Origin: Fibrobacteria bacterium
GTDB lineage: Bacteria > Fibrobacterota > Fibrobacteria > UBA11236 > JADFYW01
NCBI GenBank assembly: GCA_050294405.1
Contig: JBNKOC010000023.1
Location: 16,547 to 80,546 of the forward strand
Length of the DNA stretch: 64,000 bases
Direction: 5' to 3'
Part shown: positions 1 through 9,662 of the stretch, in pieces
Position numbering within the stretch: the first letter of the stretch is position 1
Layout of the letters: each line of letters starts with the position of its first letter
Program-made: the position numbers and the translations under genes
The notes under the pieces: generated by a model
What the model saw: the letters and a program-made list of their open reading frames with translations, nothing else
Databases searched by the model: none
Told to the model about the DNA's origin: nothing

Positions 1-2277
1 AGCAAACTCCCCTTTGCTAAAATCATAACTATTGGTATAGGACAAATCCCAATGGGGGGTGGGGTTTAATTTAAAATTGCTGGAAAAGCTATGCGTCAGA
101 TTCTTCCGAAAGGCCGTTTTACTTACCCTTTGGGCCCCATAACTAAAACTGTAATTAAAATTGGCACTCCAGGGCCGCATTTCATATGGGTCCTGGTTTT
201 CAGATACATCCAACTTTAAACCCGAATTAAACTTTCCTGCTAAGGAAAGGGATTTTCTCCAGCCAAAGGAATAATTAATTAAAATCGGACTCACCAATTC
301 ATTTTTTAAATCAGCTCCCGCATAATCGTCATATAACCTGTGGGTCATGGCCAGAGAAATAGGCACATATTTCACCACTTCCGAACTGATGTTGGAACTA
401 ATATCCGACCAGGGACGCTCGTCCTTTTTTTCAAAATCATAACTTAGCCCTGAGTTTACTTTAAGCACCTGGTAGTTTTTAGAAGCCTCGCCTGTGGTAT
501 CACTGGCATCTTTTAATTTTATATCCACATCGTTGCCCAAATTAAATCCCACGCGCTGGGCTTGCTGCTGTTTTAACTGGCCACCCAATCGGGGATGAAG
601 TACAAAATGCCTTACAGAATCGGTTTCCGGGACAAAGGTATAGGAAACACTGGGCCGAACCACATGCCTTATTTTTTGCAAAGGTCCAATGTTAATATTG
701 CCAATGCCGTATAGCTGGGTATTGGCCTCCACGCCTAAGTTGCCATTCAAAAGATTATCTCCAAAATTCCCTTCTCCAAGGTCCACATCGGATTTATAAC
801 TTCCATCTTTTCCGATATTGGATTGCAAACTCCAGTAATGGGTGGCCGAGGCAAAAGGGTTTACATTAATGTATTGCAACATGGAGTATTTTGCATTCAG
901 GGATAAACGGTTACGGGCTCCCACAAAGTTATTTCCATCCGCGGGCGATTTTGTCTGTGCCTCAGGGTTTTCCGAACGATATACATTAAAATCACCAGTG
1001 TAAGAGTAATTGATTTTTTCATACCAACTGAGATCATTTCCCTCTGGATTTTCAAAATCCCAGTAGTCATTTTCTTCAAGAGGAAACAAGGGGCCGCTAA
1101 AAGCAAAGGTGGCATTGGGAAATTCCCTGGTTTGACGCCCAGTAGTAAGGTTAAAATCCTGGCTACCGTTAATATTTAAACGGGCGCGATTCCAATCCAG
1201 CATTTGGGTGTAGCCTAATTTGGCATTGGCCGTTTGGTTTATGGCTTCTTCTTCATTTAAAGCTTCCGATAAAATCCGGCGACTGGAAACAAAACGCCCA
1301 TTTCCTGAAAGACGCTTTTTTCCATCGGGAGTTATTTTATGATCGTGATTAAAAGAAACTTCCCAACCTGAATTTCCCGGATTAAACTCCGATACATAGG
1401 CCCGCCCTCCTAGGTTCCCATTTAAAACATTACGTTTATTGTAATTGTATTTGGCGTTCAAATTCGTTTCATCAAAAGTCCCTTTGGCCCCTTCAATTAA
1501 GTCTCCCGAAACTGTGAGGTCCATATATTCATTCATACTCCAGTAATAGCCAATATCCTGTATGTAAAAGCCCTGTGCTTGATCCCCTCCCCATTTAGGC
1601 CTTAAAAATCCCGAACGCCTTCCTTCGCCCAATGGCATTACAATCATGGGGGCTACTGCTACTGGAACTCCGGCAATGTTCATGACCACCGGCCTTGCCA
1701 ATACTTTTTTCTTGGGTTCTAAAACCATTCTGCGGGAATAGAAAAAATAATGTTGGTCTTCCAGGTTATCGCAAGTGGAGAAGTCACCCCGGGCAATATG
1801 TATTTCACCATCCTTTTGCCGCCTTACTTCAATACCGTTAAACATTTGCCTATCTCTTGAAGTGGTCCCCCAGTATATTTCTCCAATTTGCCGCTTGTGA
1901 TTGTATTTAAGCCGATAGCCCCATATGGGAGGCTGTGATTTTTCCTGAATGGTGGGCCGGCCTCTGGCTTCCACCATTTCATTTTTGTTATCCAAAAATA
2001 TGGTATCCGCTTTTAAGGTGGCCCCTTTGTATTTCAAAACCGCCCCATCCAAAAGGGTAAATGACTCACGGGCAATGTTATAGGTAAAATTGCTACTGGA
2101 CCAGGAGACGGTATCATTTACGGAAGTGGCTTCACCCAAACTGTCCGCTTCCTCTTCAGAAGCTGCGCTATCCGCAGGAATTTCCACATTTAAAGAGTGC
2201 AGGCCCTCGCCAAAGGACAAGACACCCCCAAGTGCCAAAATACAAACCCAGCCTATGAAATATTTTAATGCCTTCAT
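1..2277 (-). CDS. lptD: LPS-assembly outer membrane protein LptD (3' end runs off the window)
   Basis: Absent from the ORF track, presumably because it has no stop inside the window. Manual translation from ATG at 2277 gives a signal peptide (MKALKYFIGWVCILALGG), an OstA-like region (LKYKGATLKADTIFLD), GDFSTCD, ARPVVMNIAGVPV and RRSGFLRPKWG..GFYIQDIGYYW, typical of LptD. Only the N-terminal part was translated by hand. Confidence 0.8.
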   Translation of the reverse strand, partial: MKALKYFIGWVCILALGGVLSFGEGLHSLNVEIPADSAASEEEADSLGEATSVNDTVSWSSSNFTYNIARESFTLLDGAVLKYKGATLKADTIFLDNKNEMVEARGRPTIQEKSQPPIWGYRLKYNHKRQIGEIYWGTTSRDRQMFNGIEVRRQKDGEIHIARGDFSTCDNLEDQHYFFYSRRMVLEPKKKVLARPVVMNIAGVPVAVAPMIVMPLGEGRRSGFLRPKWGGDQAQGFYIQDIGYYWSMNEYMDLTVSGDLIEGAKGTFDETNLNAKYNYNKRNVLNGNLGGRAYVSEFNPGNSGWEVSFNHDHKITPDGKKRLSGNGRFVSSRRILSEALNEEEAINQTANAKLGYTQMLDWNRARLNINGSQDFNLTTGRQTREFPNATFAFSGPLFPLEENDYWDFENPEGNDLSWYEKINYSYTGDFNVYRSENPEAQTKSPADGNNFVGARNRLSLNAKYSMLQYINVNPFASATHYWSLQSNIGKDGSYKSDVDLGEGNFGDNLLNGNLGVEANTQLYGIGNINIGPLQKIRHVVRPSVSYTFVPETDSVRHFVLHPRLGGQLKQQQAQRVGFNLGNDVDIKLKDASDTTGEASKNYQVLKVNSGLSYDFEKKDERPWSDISSNISSEVVKYVPISLAMTHRLYDDYAGADLKNELVSPILINYSFGWRKSLSLAGKFNSGLKLDVSENQDPYEMRPWSANFNYSFSYGAQRVSKTAFRKNLTHSFSSNFKLNPTPHWDLSYTNSYDFSKGEFA

Positions 2278-2339
2278 TTAATCTGGCACTAAAATAAAAT
2301 ACTGAACTGAATAGGACTACGGGAAGCGTATTTTTTGAC

Positions 2340-2636
2340 TCACATTTGCTTGAGCCGCTCTTCGGGAGTGAGCAGAGTTACCAGGCGGATACCAAAATTG
2401 TCATCAATCACCACCACTTCTCCCTTGGCGATGATTTTATTGTTCACAACAAAATCCACCGTCTCACCGGCCAGTCTGTCTAGGGTGACCACGTGCCCGG
2501 CCTTGAGTTCAAGGAGTTCGCGGATCTTCATGCGTGTGCGGCCCAGAACCAATTTGATTTCCAAATCCACATCTTGAAGCTGCTCGATATCCAGCTTCTT
2601 GCGATTAGAAACCCGGTATTCGCTATTGTACACCAT
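2340..2636 (-). CDS. fliN: Flagellar motor switch protein FliN (SpoA domain)
   Basis: LQDVDLEIKLVLGRTRMKIRELLELKAGHVVTLDRLAGETVDFVVNNKIIAKGEVVVIDDNFGIRL is a classic FliN/SpoA sequence. Confidence 0.9.
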   Translation of the reverse strand: MVYNSEYRVSNRKKLDIEQLQDVDLEIKLVLGRTRMKIRELLELKAGHVVTLDRLAGETVDFVVNNKIIAKGEVVVIDDNFGIRLVTLLTPEERLKQM

Positions 2637-2750
2637 ACTTTAATTATATCGCCAAAATAAGCCGATAGCTAAAATTTTTAGCGCATTTTTTGGAAATTAT
2701 GGCTAGAAGAAGAAATTTAAGCTAAAATAACAGCAGATTCTCGAATCGCT

Positions 2751-2945
2751 ATGGAAAATATTTTAAATCAAATTCAGCTTTTCCCGCTGAGCCAAATGAT
2801 TTTATGGCTTTTTGTTTTGGGCTGTCTGTACTATGCCTTAAAGTGGTTTAAACTCCCCGACGATTGGGAAGACCGGGAACGAGAGCGCAAAATTTTAATT
2901 ATGAAAGAAAGGGGTCTTTTCTTATACAGCCGTGAAAAGGAATAA
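2751..2945 (+). CDS. Small single-pass membrane hypothetical protein
   Basis: 64-aa ORF filling an intergenic gap, with one hydrophobic segment (MILWLFVLGCLYYALKWF) and a charged tail. Confidence 0.45.
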   Translation: MENILNQIQLFPLSQMILWLFVLGCLYYALKWFKLPDDWEDRERERKILIMKERGLFLYSREKE

Positions 2946-2962
2946 TTTCCTATGAACGCTCT

Positions 2963-4579
2963 TTAACTTTTGGTGCCGGTTTTAATATCGAACCAAAACC
3001 TGGCTCCCTTACCCAATTGGCTTTCCAATAACAAATCGCTCTCGTGGGCTCTTACTATTTCTCTGGATATGGGCATTCCCAACCCAGTGCCTTCGGAGTG
3101 ATTCATAACATCTTCAATTTGGGTGAACTTGTCAAAGACCTTGGGGTGATCTTCCGGATTGATCCCAATGCCATTGTCCTCCACAATAAATCGAACCAGG
3201 TCCTGGTTGGTAGATTTTTTTATCCACATGGCTCCAATGTATATGGTTCCTTCATTGGGAGTAAATTTAACTGCATTAGAAACCAAATTTAAAATAACCT
3301 GAGTCAGCCTTTCGTAATCCCCAATTACCATGGGAAGATTTTCTTCGACTTCCACTACGAGTTTTTGCTTTTTCTTTTCGCTTAATTTTTTTGCAGATAT
3401 TACACCACGTTCCACCAAATCCTGTGGAGCAAAGGGGGTAAAGTTAAAGGTCATTTTTCCCGATTCAATTTTAGATAAATCCAAAATGTCATTTACCAAT
3501 TGCCCCAGGCGGTTTCCTTCATCAAAAATCACCTGATAATACTCTTTTTCTTCTTCCTTGGTTTCTGCAAGACCCTCCAACAAAGTTTCAGAATAGGCTA
3601 ATATGGAAGCCAGAGGTGTTTTTAATTCGTGGCTCACCATGGAAATAAAATCATCCTTCATTTTATCCAATTCTTTTAAGCGCTCCACTTCCTTGGAAAG
3701 AGCTAAATCCTGGCACACACATACCATGCCCGGTTTGCTGGCACCGCTGATATTTAGGGGCGAAGCGGTTATCAGGGTATTTTTTTCCTGATTGTAATGG
3801 GTTTTGAAACTTACTTCCACTGGTTCGGGAATGGAATGGGCTTGTATGCTGGCTAACATCTGGCTAAACACCGAGGCCAAAAAATCGGGAAGTACAATAG
3901 AGAACACCTGGCCTTGAACCAACTTGGAACGAATTTCAAAAAACTCTTCGGCTTTGCGGTTAAACACCTTGATTTTACCATCTGGATCAAAAGAAATAAT
4001 GGAATGGGCAATGGAAGCGATAACCCTGTCCACATATTCTTTTGTATCGTGAAGCACCCGGGCTTTATCTTCTAACTGAGTGTGAAATTGATAATTTGAA
4101 ATCGCCAAGGATGTGTGGTTGGCAATAGTATGTAAGGAAAGACCTGTCACCTCCGAATACGCCGCATAATATTCTCCTAAATCCAGAACAATGGCGCCCA
4201 TTACTTCATCGCCATGAGTTAAAGGAGCTATTGCTGTTCCCGTATCTTCTTTTTCACCGGGATGTACAGATACATTTCCCCTTCTGCAACTCCAATACAT
4301 AAGCTCTTCATCAACAGCAGCCACTTTTATTTTAGGATTGTATTGGGCTTCCCCGATTTTTTTAAACTTTTCATCCTGGAACAAAAAAATCTGACAGGAA
4401 AAACAATTGATAATTTGGGGAATCACTTCAAAGACCGAATCGATAATGTCTTTGTAGGATTTGGAAACAATAATTTTGCTGGACAATCCCTGAAGGGCGC
4501 TTAGCTGGTCAAAGGAATGCCGCAAATCCCGGTTAGCATCCCGCAGCTCCTCCAGTTCTTTAAACGCGCCCTGATCCAT
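2963..4579 (-). CDS. Cytoplasmic sensor histidine kinase (GAF-PAS-HisKA-HATPase)
   Basis: H-box FISMVSHELKTPL, N-box QVILNLVSNAVKFT, G1 VEDNGIGI, G2 GTGLGMPI, and a PAS-like IISFDPDGKIKVFNRKAEEFF segment. No TM seen. Confidence 0.9.
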   Translation of the reverse strand: MDQGAFKELEELRDANRDLRHSFDQLSALQGLSSKIIVSKSYKDIIDSVFEVIPQIINCFSCQIFLFQDEKFKKIGEAQYNPKIKVAAVDEELMYWSCRRGNVSVHPGEKEDTGTAIAPLTHGDEVMGAIVLDLGEYYAAYSEVTGLSLHTIANHTSLAISNYQFHTQLEDKARVLHDTKEYVDRVIASIAHSIISFDPDGKIKVFNRKAEEFFEIRSKLVQGQVFSIVLPDFLASVFSQMLASIQAHSIPEPVEVSFKTHYNQEKNTLITASPLNISGASKPGMVCVCQDLALSKEVERLKELDKMKDDFISMVSHELKTPLASILAYSETLLEGLAETKEEEKEYYQVIFDEGNRLGQLVNDILDLSKIESGKMTFNFTPFAPQDLVERGVISAKKLSEKKKQKLVVEVEENLPMVIGDYERLTQVILNLVSNAVKFTPNEGTIYIGAMWIKKSTNQDLVRFIVEDNGIGINPEDHPKVFDKFTQIEDVMNHSEGTGLGMPISREIVRAHESDLLLESQLGKGARFWFDIKTGTKS

Positions 4580-4585
4580 AATTCC

Positions 4586-5446
4586 TTAAATGGCTTGTAG
4601 AAAAACGCTGGCCTTGTCGATTTCCGTTTCGGCCTTATTTAATAATTTTTCAAAATCCATATTGTCGAGCTTTAGCTTATTCCAAACCGAATCTTCAACT
4701 ATTGGAACCTTGTTGTCACCTCCGCTTCCCACTCCCAATCCCCGGCACAATATATCGGCAAGATGAACAATGGATGCCAGCTCTTCGTAAGCTCCAGCAC
4801 TCAAAGGATAGTGGTGGTATTGTAGAACGGCGGAAAGGTCCTTGGGAAGATTCCATTTAGACGCAATCCAGCCTCCAACATCCTGGTGGGTGACCTTTAA
4901 TACTTTTAACTCGGCATCTTTTATAAGACAATCGTTTTCCCTTTGGTAGCGAATTACTTTGTTGTATTCCTCTTCTGCGCAAATGTTACATATTACTTTT
5001 CCCAGGTCGTGTAACAAACCGCCAATAAAAGCTTCCTCTGTGTATTTTGATTTCATGTTTTCGGCAATCACTTTGGAAATCGCTCCGGTGGCAATAGAGT
5101 GCAGCCAAAAAGCCTCTACGTCAAAAAATTGATTCCTTCCTTTTTTAGAAAGAGCATCGAATATAGAAGCCGTAAGTACAATATTTTTTACTGTAGTGAA
5201 TCCCAATATGACTATGGCATGGGTAATAGTGTTTATCCTTCCTGGGAAACCGTAAAACGCGCTATTCACCAGCTTTAAAGTTTTAGATGTTAAGGACTGG
5301 TCCGTGGTAATTGCCTGACCCACTTCACCAGCAGAGGTTCTGGGGTTTTGCATCAAGGTGGTTATTTTAGATACCACTGTGGGAAGAGTGGGTATATCCG
5401 TTAAGTTTTCAATTACAGACTTAAGCTGGCTGGCGTTTTCGCTCAT
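4586..5446 (-). CDS. HDOD domain protein
   Basis: IPTLPTVVSKI, DQSLTSKTLKLVNSAFYG, FWLHSIA, AFIGGLLHDLGK and WNLP..L...LQYHH. Confidence 0.9.
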   Translation of the reverse strand: MSENASQLKSVIENLTDIPTLPTVVSKITTLMQNPRTSAGEVGQAITTDQSLTSKTLKLVNSAFYGFPGRINTITHAIVILGFTTVKNIVLTASIFDALSKKGRNQFFDVEAFWLHSIATGAISKVIAENMKSKYTEEAFIGGLLHDLGKVICNICAEEEYNKVIRYQRENDCLIKDAELKVLKVTHQDVGGWIASKWNLPKDLSAVLQYHHYPLSAGAYEELASIVHLADILCRGLGVGSGGDNKVPIVEDSVWNKLKLDNMDFEKLLNKAETEIDKASVFLQAI

Positions 5447-5754
5447 TTAGAAGTTCCTGTAATATGAGCTTTAATAGCAGCGTGAATTTTGGCCATTTTA
5501 GGATTTGTTAACACGTCCTTGAATCTCCGGGCCAATTCGTCAACCTGGCCAATTTTTTCCTCAAGGCTATCTGCATCGCCTTCTTCTCCGTTTTCCTGAA
5601 TATAGGCAAACAACACCCCCCAACTTTTTAATCGATCGGCCATAGATTCTTTTAATTCAGCCCCTGCGGCCATTAAAATCTTTCCATCACCGCCCATCAG
5701 GGGTTTTCCCAAAACCATTCCATCGGCAATTTCTTGAATAGCAATTTTCTTCAT
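5443..5754 (-). CDS. Hypothetical protein resembling the N-terminal module of HD-GYP/HDOD-associated proteins
   Basis: IQEIADGMVLGKPLMGGDGKILMAAGAELK...LKSWGV pattern. Overlaps the HDOD gene start by 4 nt. Start placed at MKKIA (5754). Confidence 0.6.
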   Translation of the reverse strand: MKKIAIQEIADGMVLGKPLMGGDGKILMAAGAELKESMADRLKSWGVLFAYIQENGEEGDADSLEEKIGQVDELARRFKDVLTNPKMAKIHAAIKAHITGTSK

Positions 5755-5951
5755 GCACTGAAATTGTATCATAGTTGAGTCATTTTAGCCATTTTGAAAA
5801 ATTTTAGTTTCCCTTAACCAATTTGGAATCGTAAAATAAGGGAAATAGGAGAAGATTTAGTTTTTTGAATTAACCAGCTTTTTGGGGCTGTTTTAATTTT
5901 CCAAGGAGTTCTCAATTTTTTTTAAAGGAAGACCGATAGAATAATGACTCT

Positions 5952-7124
5952 ATGATAAATTCAGCTAAATCTTTTAAATCGATCTTCCCCGCCAAATGGC
6001 ATTTATTCCTTTTATTATGGGGATTCACACCCTTCAGCATATTTGCCGGGGAATCCGATAATATATATCAGGTTATCCGAAAATCCTTTCCTATCGCTTC
6101 CCCCTTAATGATTATTCTAATTGGGTCCTGCATTATTTTAGCGTTGGCTTTGGTGGTTGCCTGGGAAATTTTCAAATCGGATAAACAAAAGAGGGATAAG
6201 TTGGATTTGAGCTGGAAAAATTTTAGCGAATTTTCCCGAGCTCGTAATTTGAATCCAGATGAAAATGAATTGTTAAAGGAAATATTGAACCATTCAGAAC
6301 TAGCCCAGGTAGACATTATTTTTCAGTCTCCCAACATATACGAGGAAAGCTTATCCACTTATATACAGAAAAAAATAGACGCGGGAACCGAATCAACTAT
6401 TCCCTATGATAGCCTGTACAATCTCAGGCAAAAGATGGGCTACTCACGGATTCCCAATGAAACCCATTTGAGTTCTTCCAGGCAATTAAACGCGGGCATG
6501 TGGGTTTCCATAAAAAACATCCGAGGGGAGTACCATAAATGCTTTGTAAAATCCGTCGATGAAAAAAACTGGACCCTGTCTACTAAACAAGGCGGGTTTG
6601 GAGAATACAAAACAGATGGCCCTATACATATCTGGCTCATTCGCAATGGGGATGCCGAATATCGAATTGAAACCACAGTACAAAGTGGGCAAAGCAATTT
6701 ATTGGTATTGGAACACAGCATGAAACTCCACCGCAAGCAATTGCGAAACTGGGTCAGAGTGGATGTTAATTTGCCCTGTAAGGCTGTGGTCCTAAACATA
6801 CCCGAAACCGCTGATGAAAATGAAAAACCTGCCATTAAAAGAGGCGTTCAGCTAGAAGGCAGAATAACGGATATTAGTGGTGGAGGCATTTGTCTCCGGG
6901 TAAAGGCTCCTTTGGAAGCGGGCTCCCAATTAAGCTTAAATTTTGACTTGCCAGGCTCCTCTCTTCGGGGATTGCTCACAGAAGTATTGAGTTCAACACC
7001 ACCGTTGAATGCGGAGGACACAGCGGTTTGCCGGCTAAAGTTCAAGAATATTGAAACAGCTGTTCAGGAAAAAATTGTCCGCTTTGTTTTTGAAAAAAGC
7101 CGCATTGACAGCCAGTTCCGATAA
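5952..7124 (+). CDS. Membrane-anchored PilZ-domain (YcgR/flagellar-brake-like) c-di-GMP receptor
   Basis: N-terminal hydrophobic segments. C-terminal PilZ motifs RxxxR (QLRNWVRV) and DxSxxG (DISGGG), ending in EKIVRFVF. Confidence 0.8.
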   Translation: MINSAKSFKSIFPAKWHLFLLLWGFTPFSIFAGESDNIYQVIRKSFPIASPLMIILIGSCIILALALVVAWEIFKSDKQKRDKLDLSWKNFSEFSRARNLNPDENELLKEILNHSELAQVDIIFQSPNIYEESLSTYIQKKIDAGTESTIPYDSLYNLRQKMGYSRIPNETHLSSSRQLNAGMWVSIKNIRGEYHKCFVKSVDEKNWTLSTKQGGFGEYKTDGPIHIWLIRNGDAEYRIETTVQSGQSNLLVLEHSMKLHRKQLRNWVRVDVNLPCKAVVLNIPETADENEKPAIKRGVQLEGRITDISGGGICLRVKAPLEAGSQLSLNFDLPGSSLRGLLTEVLSSTPPLNAEDTAVCRLKFKNIETAVQEKIVRFVFEKSRIDSQFR

Positions 7125-7136
7125 AACAGCCCCCTG

Positions 7137-7178
7137 GAATTTTTGAGTTTTAGGATTTTTTCCAAAAACTCAAAATTC
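7137..7178. terminator. Inverted repeat after the PilZ gene (probable terminator)
   Basis: GAATTTTTGAGTTTT...AAAAACTCAAAATTC imperfect hairpin 13 nt after the stop codon. Confidence 0.45.
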
Positions 7179-7375
7179 GATAAAATCAAAATAAGTAAAA
7201 ACAATTCAAAATCCTGAGCTTCTCAAAAACTAAAAGAAGTTCAATTTTCCCTGCAATTTATGGTACAATTTGAATGGAATAAGTTAGAAAATCGTTCATG
7301 CCAAACATCTTAAAAAATTCACCAGAACCGAAGGATGCTTATACGCGCCTATTGTTTAAATGAGGAAAAATTGCA

Positions 7376-8464
7376 TTGGGTAAAATAAGGGACACGACCC
7401 TGAGGATACTTAAAGGGGATCCGGTGAGTGTGGGTTTGGATATTGGCAACCACAGCGTTAAAATTGTTTATATAAAACATCACCCCAATGGGCCCATTCT
7501 GGAGGGAGCGGGAATTCATGTATTTGCCGAACCCGTTCTGGAAAACGGCGAAATAACCAATAGGGAAGAGCTGCTATACTCCCTTTCCTCTTTAATAAAA
7601 AAAACAGATCCCAAGTTAAAATTCAAAGAAGTGAATTTCGGATTATCCTGGTCTTACGGAGTAATTGCGGACAGAATAAAGTTGCGTATAAATGCCGATG
7701 AATCTGAAGATGAGCTGATATTAATGGAAGCAAACAGGCGAAGCCCTTTTGATGTGGATGACATACAACTGGATTACAAAATATTAAGCAAGAATACGAA
7801 CACCGAAGAAATGGAAGTGTTGCTGGTTGCCGCCAAACAAAAACGCATGCAGCCATTTTTAGATGTTATTCGAGAAGCCGGCCTGGACCCCATTAATGTG
7901 GATGTGGATACTTTTGCAGTGGCAAACTCCTACTTCTACACGGCAGACCCTCAGGATAAAACAAAGGTAATATGTTTAATTAACATTGGCGAATTCATGA
8001 CCAATCTCACCTTTATTAAAAACGGGGTTTACCATTCCACCAGAGACATCGCCACTGGAGGCCGATTTTTCGCCCAAACTATCCGCAGGGAATTAGGAGT
8101 AAAAGAACTGGATAGCGTTAACATTCTCAAAGGGCGTTACCAGGGAAATATCGAAGAGGAAATTGTTCAAAAGTGCATAGAAAACTGTGCGGAAGAGCTT
8201 TCCATTGGAATTGACTTGGCTTTTAGCTATTTCAAATCTTCTGAAAATAACGCGGCTATTGATAAAATTATTATTTGCGGAGGCGGGGCCAGCATCGAAG
8301 GACTCCCGGAATTTTTAGCCGACAGACATAACATGGAAGTGGAAATTGGCGATCCGCTGAGCCAAATAAACGCCGACAGTAAAAAATTTCCCACGGCCAT
8401 TCCCCAGGATGTATCTACCAGCCTTATGGTTGCCACAGGTTTAGCCCTAAGGAAGTTCCCATGA
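7376..8464 (+). CDS. pilM: Type IV pilus assembly ATPase-like protein PilM
   Basis: VGLDIGNHSVKIV, LINIGEFMTNL, IIICGGGASIEGL and LMVATGLALR (actin-like PilM). First gene of a pilMNOPQ operon. Confidence 0.92.
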   Translation: MGKIRDTTLRILKGDPVSVGLDIGNHSVKIVYIKHHPNGPILEGAGIHVFAEPVLENGEITNREELLYSLSSLIKKTDPKLKFKEVNFGLSWSYGVIADRIKLRINADESEDELILMEANRRSPFDVDDIQLDYKILSKNTNTEEMEVLLVAAKQKRMQPFLDVIREAGLDPINVDVDTFAVANSYFYTADPQDKTKVICLINIGEFMTNLTFIKNGVYHSTRDIATGGRFFAQTIRRELGVKELDSVNILKGRYQGNIEEEIVQKCIENCAEELSIGIDLAFSYFKSSENNAAIDKIIICGGGASIEGLPEFLADRHNMEVEIGDPLSQINADSKKFPTAIPQDVSTSLMVATGLALRKFP

Positions 8465-9078
8465 AACAGTTTATTGAAATAAATCTGCTTCCTGTGGAAG
8501 ATAGGAAAATAAAAAAAGATTATTCCTATTTGCTGGATATAAAAGTTGTTTTGCCCACTGTTAGCTTAATTGTGATATTCGCCCTCACAAACATTATGTC
8601 TTCCATTAACAAAAACAAGTTTGAAGAACAAAGGGAGGTTTTAGCCAAGCTGGATGAAGATATTAACAACAGAATAATAATCAGCAATAACATTAAAAAA
8701 CTCGACGAAATTCTCAAAGAAAAGCAGGCGAAAAACAATTCCCTGAAAAGCATTAGCTTTAACAAGCAATTATGGGTGCGGATTTTGGAAGGAGCTAACA
8801 AAGCCCTTCCGGTAAATTCGTGGTTAATGTCCATTACCCAAAACGCCGCTATGGATTCATCCTTACAATTAAAAGGAAGCACCTTTTTGTTTAGCGAAGT
8901 GGCGCAATACATGATAGAGTTAGGAAAAAATGATTTTTTCACGCAAATTTCTCTGGAGTCTGTGGAAGTGGACCCTATTCGAAATAACGACGCCTTTAAT
9001 TTCACGCTAAACATAAGCTTAAACCTGTCTCTGGGCGCGAACAACCCCGTAAACCCAAGAGGAAAACTGGAATCATGA
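8461..9078 (+). CDS. pilN: Type IV pilus assembly protein PilN
   Basis: N-terminal IEINLLP motif, TM, coiled coil, then LPVNSWLMSI. 4-nt overlap with pilM. Confidence 0.88.
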   Translation: MKQFIEINLLPVEDRKIKKDYSYLLDIKVVLPTVSLIVIFALTNIMSSINKNKFEEQREVLAKLDEDINNRIIISNNIKKLDEILKEKQAKNNSLKSISFNKQLWVRILEGANKALPVNSWLMSITQNAAMDSSLQLKGSTFLFSEVAQYMIELGKNDFFTQISLESVEVDPIRNNDAFNFTLNISLNLSLGANNPVNPRGKLES

Positions 9079-9662
9079 AAAAGCTGAGCACCAAATCCTG
9101 GCTTTGGATTTACGCAATCGGCTGCTTCGCCTTTTGTCTCTATTACAGCTTTGATTTTTATACCGGGTCTTACTCAGTTAACAAGGACAATGTAATCCAA
9201 CTGGAACAGGAAATTGATATTAAAAAAAATCAATTAGCCAGAATCTTAGCGCAAAACCAGAGGAAAGGCGCGCTTGAATTGGAAATCGCCCAGGCCACCG
9301 AAGAGTTTAAAATTTTAAAAGAGATGTTTCCAGACAAGGACTACCTTCCAAAACGCCTGCAAGATTTAACCAAAGCCTGCCGCCAGGCCGGCGTCATCCC
9401 TATACATTTCAGACCCATGGAAGGCTTGGAAAAAGAATTTTATATGGAAAATTTTTATGAAATTAAAATAACATCCGGCTACCATGGGCTAGGCAGATTT
9501 TTTGCCGAAATTGCCAATTTTAAATACCCCACAGGTATATCCAGCGTTTTAATCAATCAAAATCCAAAAATAATGAATAACCCCAATCCTGAGGAACTGC
9601 AGGATGAAAGCCATACTACAGTAACCCAATTCATTTTCAAAACCTTTACATCCAAGCAATGA
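9075..9662 (+). CDS. pilO: Type IV pilus assembly protein PilO
   Basis: TM, coiled coil, FPDKDYLPKRLQDL and GYHGLGRFFAEIA. Operon position. Confidence 0.85.
   Translation: MKKLSTKSWLWIYAIGCFAFCLYYSFDFYTGSYSVNKDNVIQLEQEIDIKKNQLARILAQNQRKGALELEIAQATEEFKILKEMFPDKDYLPKRLQDLTKACRQAGVIPIHFRPMEGLEKEFYMENFYEIKITSGYHGLGRFFAEIANFKYPTGISSVLINQNPKIMNNPNPEELQDESHTTVTQFIFKTFTSKQ

Noticed and set aside
897..2281. Short ORFs 897-1115 and 2090-2281
   Set aside because: They are off-frame or antisense shadows inside the long lptD frame that the track missed.
7261..7276. Possible sigma-54 promoter (TGGTAC...) upstream of pilM
   Set aside because: The required GC at the -12 position is absent.
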